This document shows, piece after piece, positions 62,201 through 64,000 of a stretch of DNA of 64,000 bases. The DNA lies in contig NC_086097.1 of the NCBI RefSeq assembly GCF_963921235.1, positions 169,882,001 to 169,946,000 of the forward strand, written 5' to 3'. Position 1 is the stretch's first letter. Every line of letters starts with the position of its first letter. A program made the translations under genes and the position numbers. The notes beneath the pieces were generated by a model. It searched no databases, was not told where the DNA came from, and worked only from the letters and a program-made list of their open reading frames with translations. This DNA is from Mobula hypostoma (Eukaryota).

Positions 62201-63199
62201 TTCCATTCATAAAGAGTTGTTTGTTTTTATTCAACATTTCCATGATCAATTTTTACTATGTTGACATTTTATTTTAGTATTATTAAATTATTTGAACTTA
62301 ATTCCCTAGATGCCATGGTGGGATTGGAACTCATGTCTCCAGATCAATAGCCCAGGCCCGCAGACAATATTTCAGTGTCATAATCATTATGCTCTCATAT
62401 CCCAAGCATAAGTAGCAGAAAATGAATTGCATGGATGCTACGTTATGAAGGTGACGAAACAGAATGGAGAAAGGATAATAAGGATATTTATACTGGACAA
62501 TAAAACGAGAGAAAACTTGCCTAGTCGTATATGGTAGCATGGATCAGTTGGGCCGAATGGCCTTTTGCCTGGCTGTACATGTTGTGTGATGGACAGCATG
62601 CAATTGCAGGAGGAGGGTTGCTGAGAAGCACAAATGGTTTCCACAAATGGAAATGGTTCACCTGCCCTTTCAACTACATGCAATGACAAATGATAAAGTG
62701 CATGGGAGGTGTACGGGGGGTAGGGGGGAAGGATTCGCTGGTACTCAGGTGTAAACCTCATACACGTGGGCACATATAATTCAGGTCATCCATCATTTTT
62801 TTTGATAAATGTCCTTGAGTTGATTTTGACCACAAGTCAGAAAATACACAAATATCACCTGATATGGTACCTGTTACACTGTTGCAATAAATAGTTATCA
62901 AAAGCACATAAGACTGATAAGAACAATTACTAAAAGTGAACAGAGAAGAAGCTCACTCCGTTACTCGTAGGAATGAATGTATGTGTGGAAGTTAGACTTT
63001 TGAATTGAAGTCGTAGATTTATACAGCACAGAAATGGCCCTTTGATCCAACTCATCCATGCCAACTAAGTTGTCTATCTGAACTAGTCCCAGTTGGCCTA
63101 TATTTCTCCATACCTTTCCTATCCATTATTTGTCCCAAGGTCTTTCAATTGTATTCACCTCTACCACTTCCACTAGTAGCTTGTTCCATAGTAAATAGG

Positions 63200-63960
63200 T
63201 GATTTTTAAACGATGCCCCATAGAAAGTACTCCATCTGGATGTATAATGGCTTGGTAATTCTGCTCTGCACATGACTACAAGAAACTGCAGAGGGCTGTG
63301 GACAGAGCTCAGCGCGTCACAGGAAACAGCCTCCCCTTAATGGACCCTGCCTATACTTCTCACTGCCTCAGTAAAGCAGCCAGAATAATCAACGACTCCA
63401 CCCACCCAGATATTCTGTCTTCTGCCCTTTCTCATTGGGCAGACTCAAGGACAGCTTCTATCCTACTTTTAACTTTTATTTTTACTTTTATCTGTCGAAT
63501 GCTCTGTTACATACTCCGGTGGAGGCGAAGTCCGTATGTGTATTTAAGGTGGAAGTTGATAGTTTCCTGATCAGTCAGGGCATCAAAGGATATGGTGAGA
63601 AGGCAGGTGCATGGGGTTGAGTGGGTTCTGGGATCTGGGATCAGCCATGATGGAATGACGGAGCCGACTCCATGGGCTGAATGGCCTAATTCTGCTCCTG
63701 TGTCTTATGGTCTTATCGGACTCTTGAAAGAACCTCATAGGATATTACCGACATGGCCTCACAATCTAACTTGTTATGATCTTGCACTTCAAAATTTACC
63801 TGCACTGCACCTTGTTGGTAGTTTTTAAACTTTAGTAGTTTAAAAAGTTTTTAAACTCTACATTGTAATTGTTTTAATTTATTCAAGCTCAGTGCACTGT
63901 ATAATGATTAGTGCAAGAAAAGTTTTTCACTTTATCCTGGTGCATGTGACAAAAATAAAC
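63200..63960 (+). mobile_element. Old Rex1 3' fragment interrupted by a CR1 3' fragment (~63495-63715)
   Basis: KKLQRAVDRAQRVTG..LP..HCLSKAARII; the inner piece has a CR1 tail GTCTTATGGTCTTAT. Confidence 0.7.
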
Positions 63961-64000
63961 CAACACCTCTGTATTGTGATAGAGTGGAGAGGCACCAAGG

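Overview
Vertebrate genomic DNA, most likely a cartilaginous fish such as a ray; this is inferred from the repeat repertoire, not from a database match. The window is mostly nested retrotransposon debris, and no host gene could be identified. It holds many CR1 and Rex1/Babar LINE fragments, three distinct RTE LINE fragments, and one end-to-end but decayed L1-clade element with a target-site duplication (TSD; 37652-45505, minus strand). It also holds Penelope-like (GIY-YIG) fragments whose terminal repeat carries a minimal hammerhead-ribozyme motif, tRNA-derived SINEs, two ~900 bp solo LTRs, and a rearranged three-LTR Ty3/Gypsy element inside the L1. The best leads: (1) the Gypsy element has no tRNA-type primer-binding site (PBS); the sequence at that position is complementary to its own LTR across the AATAAA signal, suggesting self-priming and/or masking of the 5' poly(A) site; (2) that element has an internal inversion and non-canonical ends; (3) hammerhead-bearing Penelope termini occur singly, in tandem and as fold-back palindromes. 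Boundaries without a TSD are approximate.
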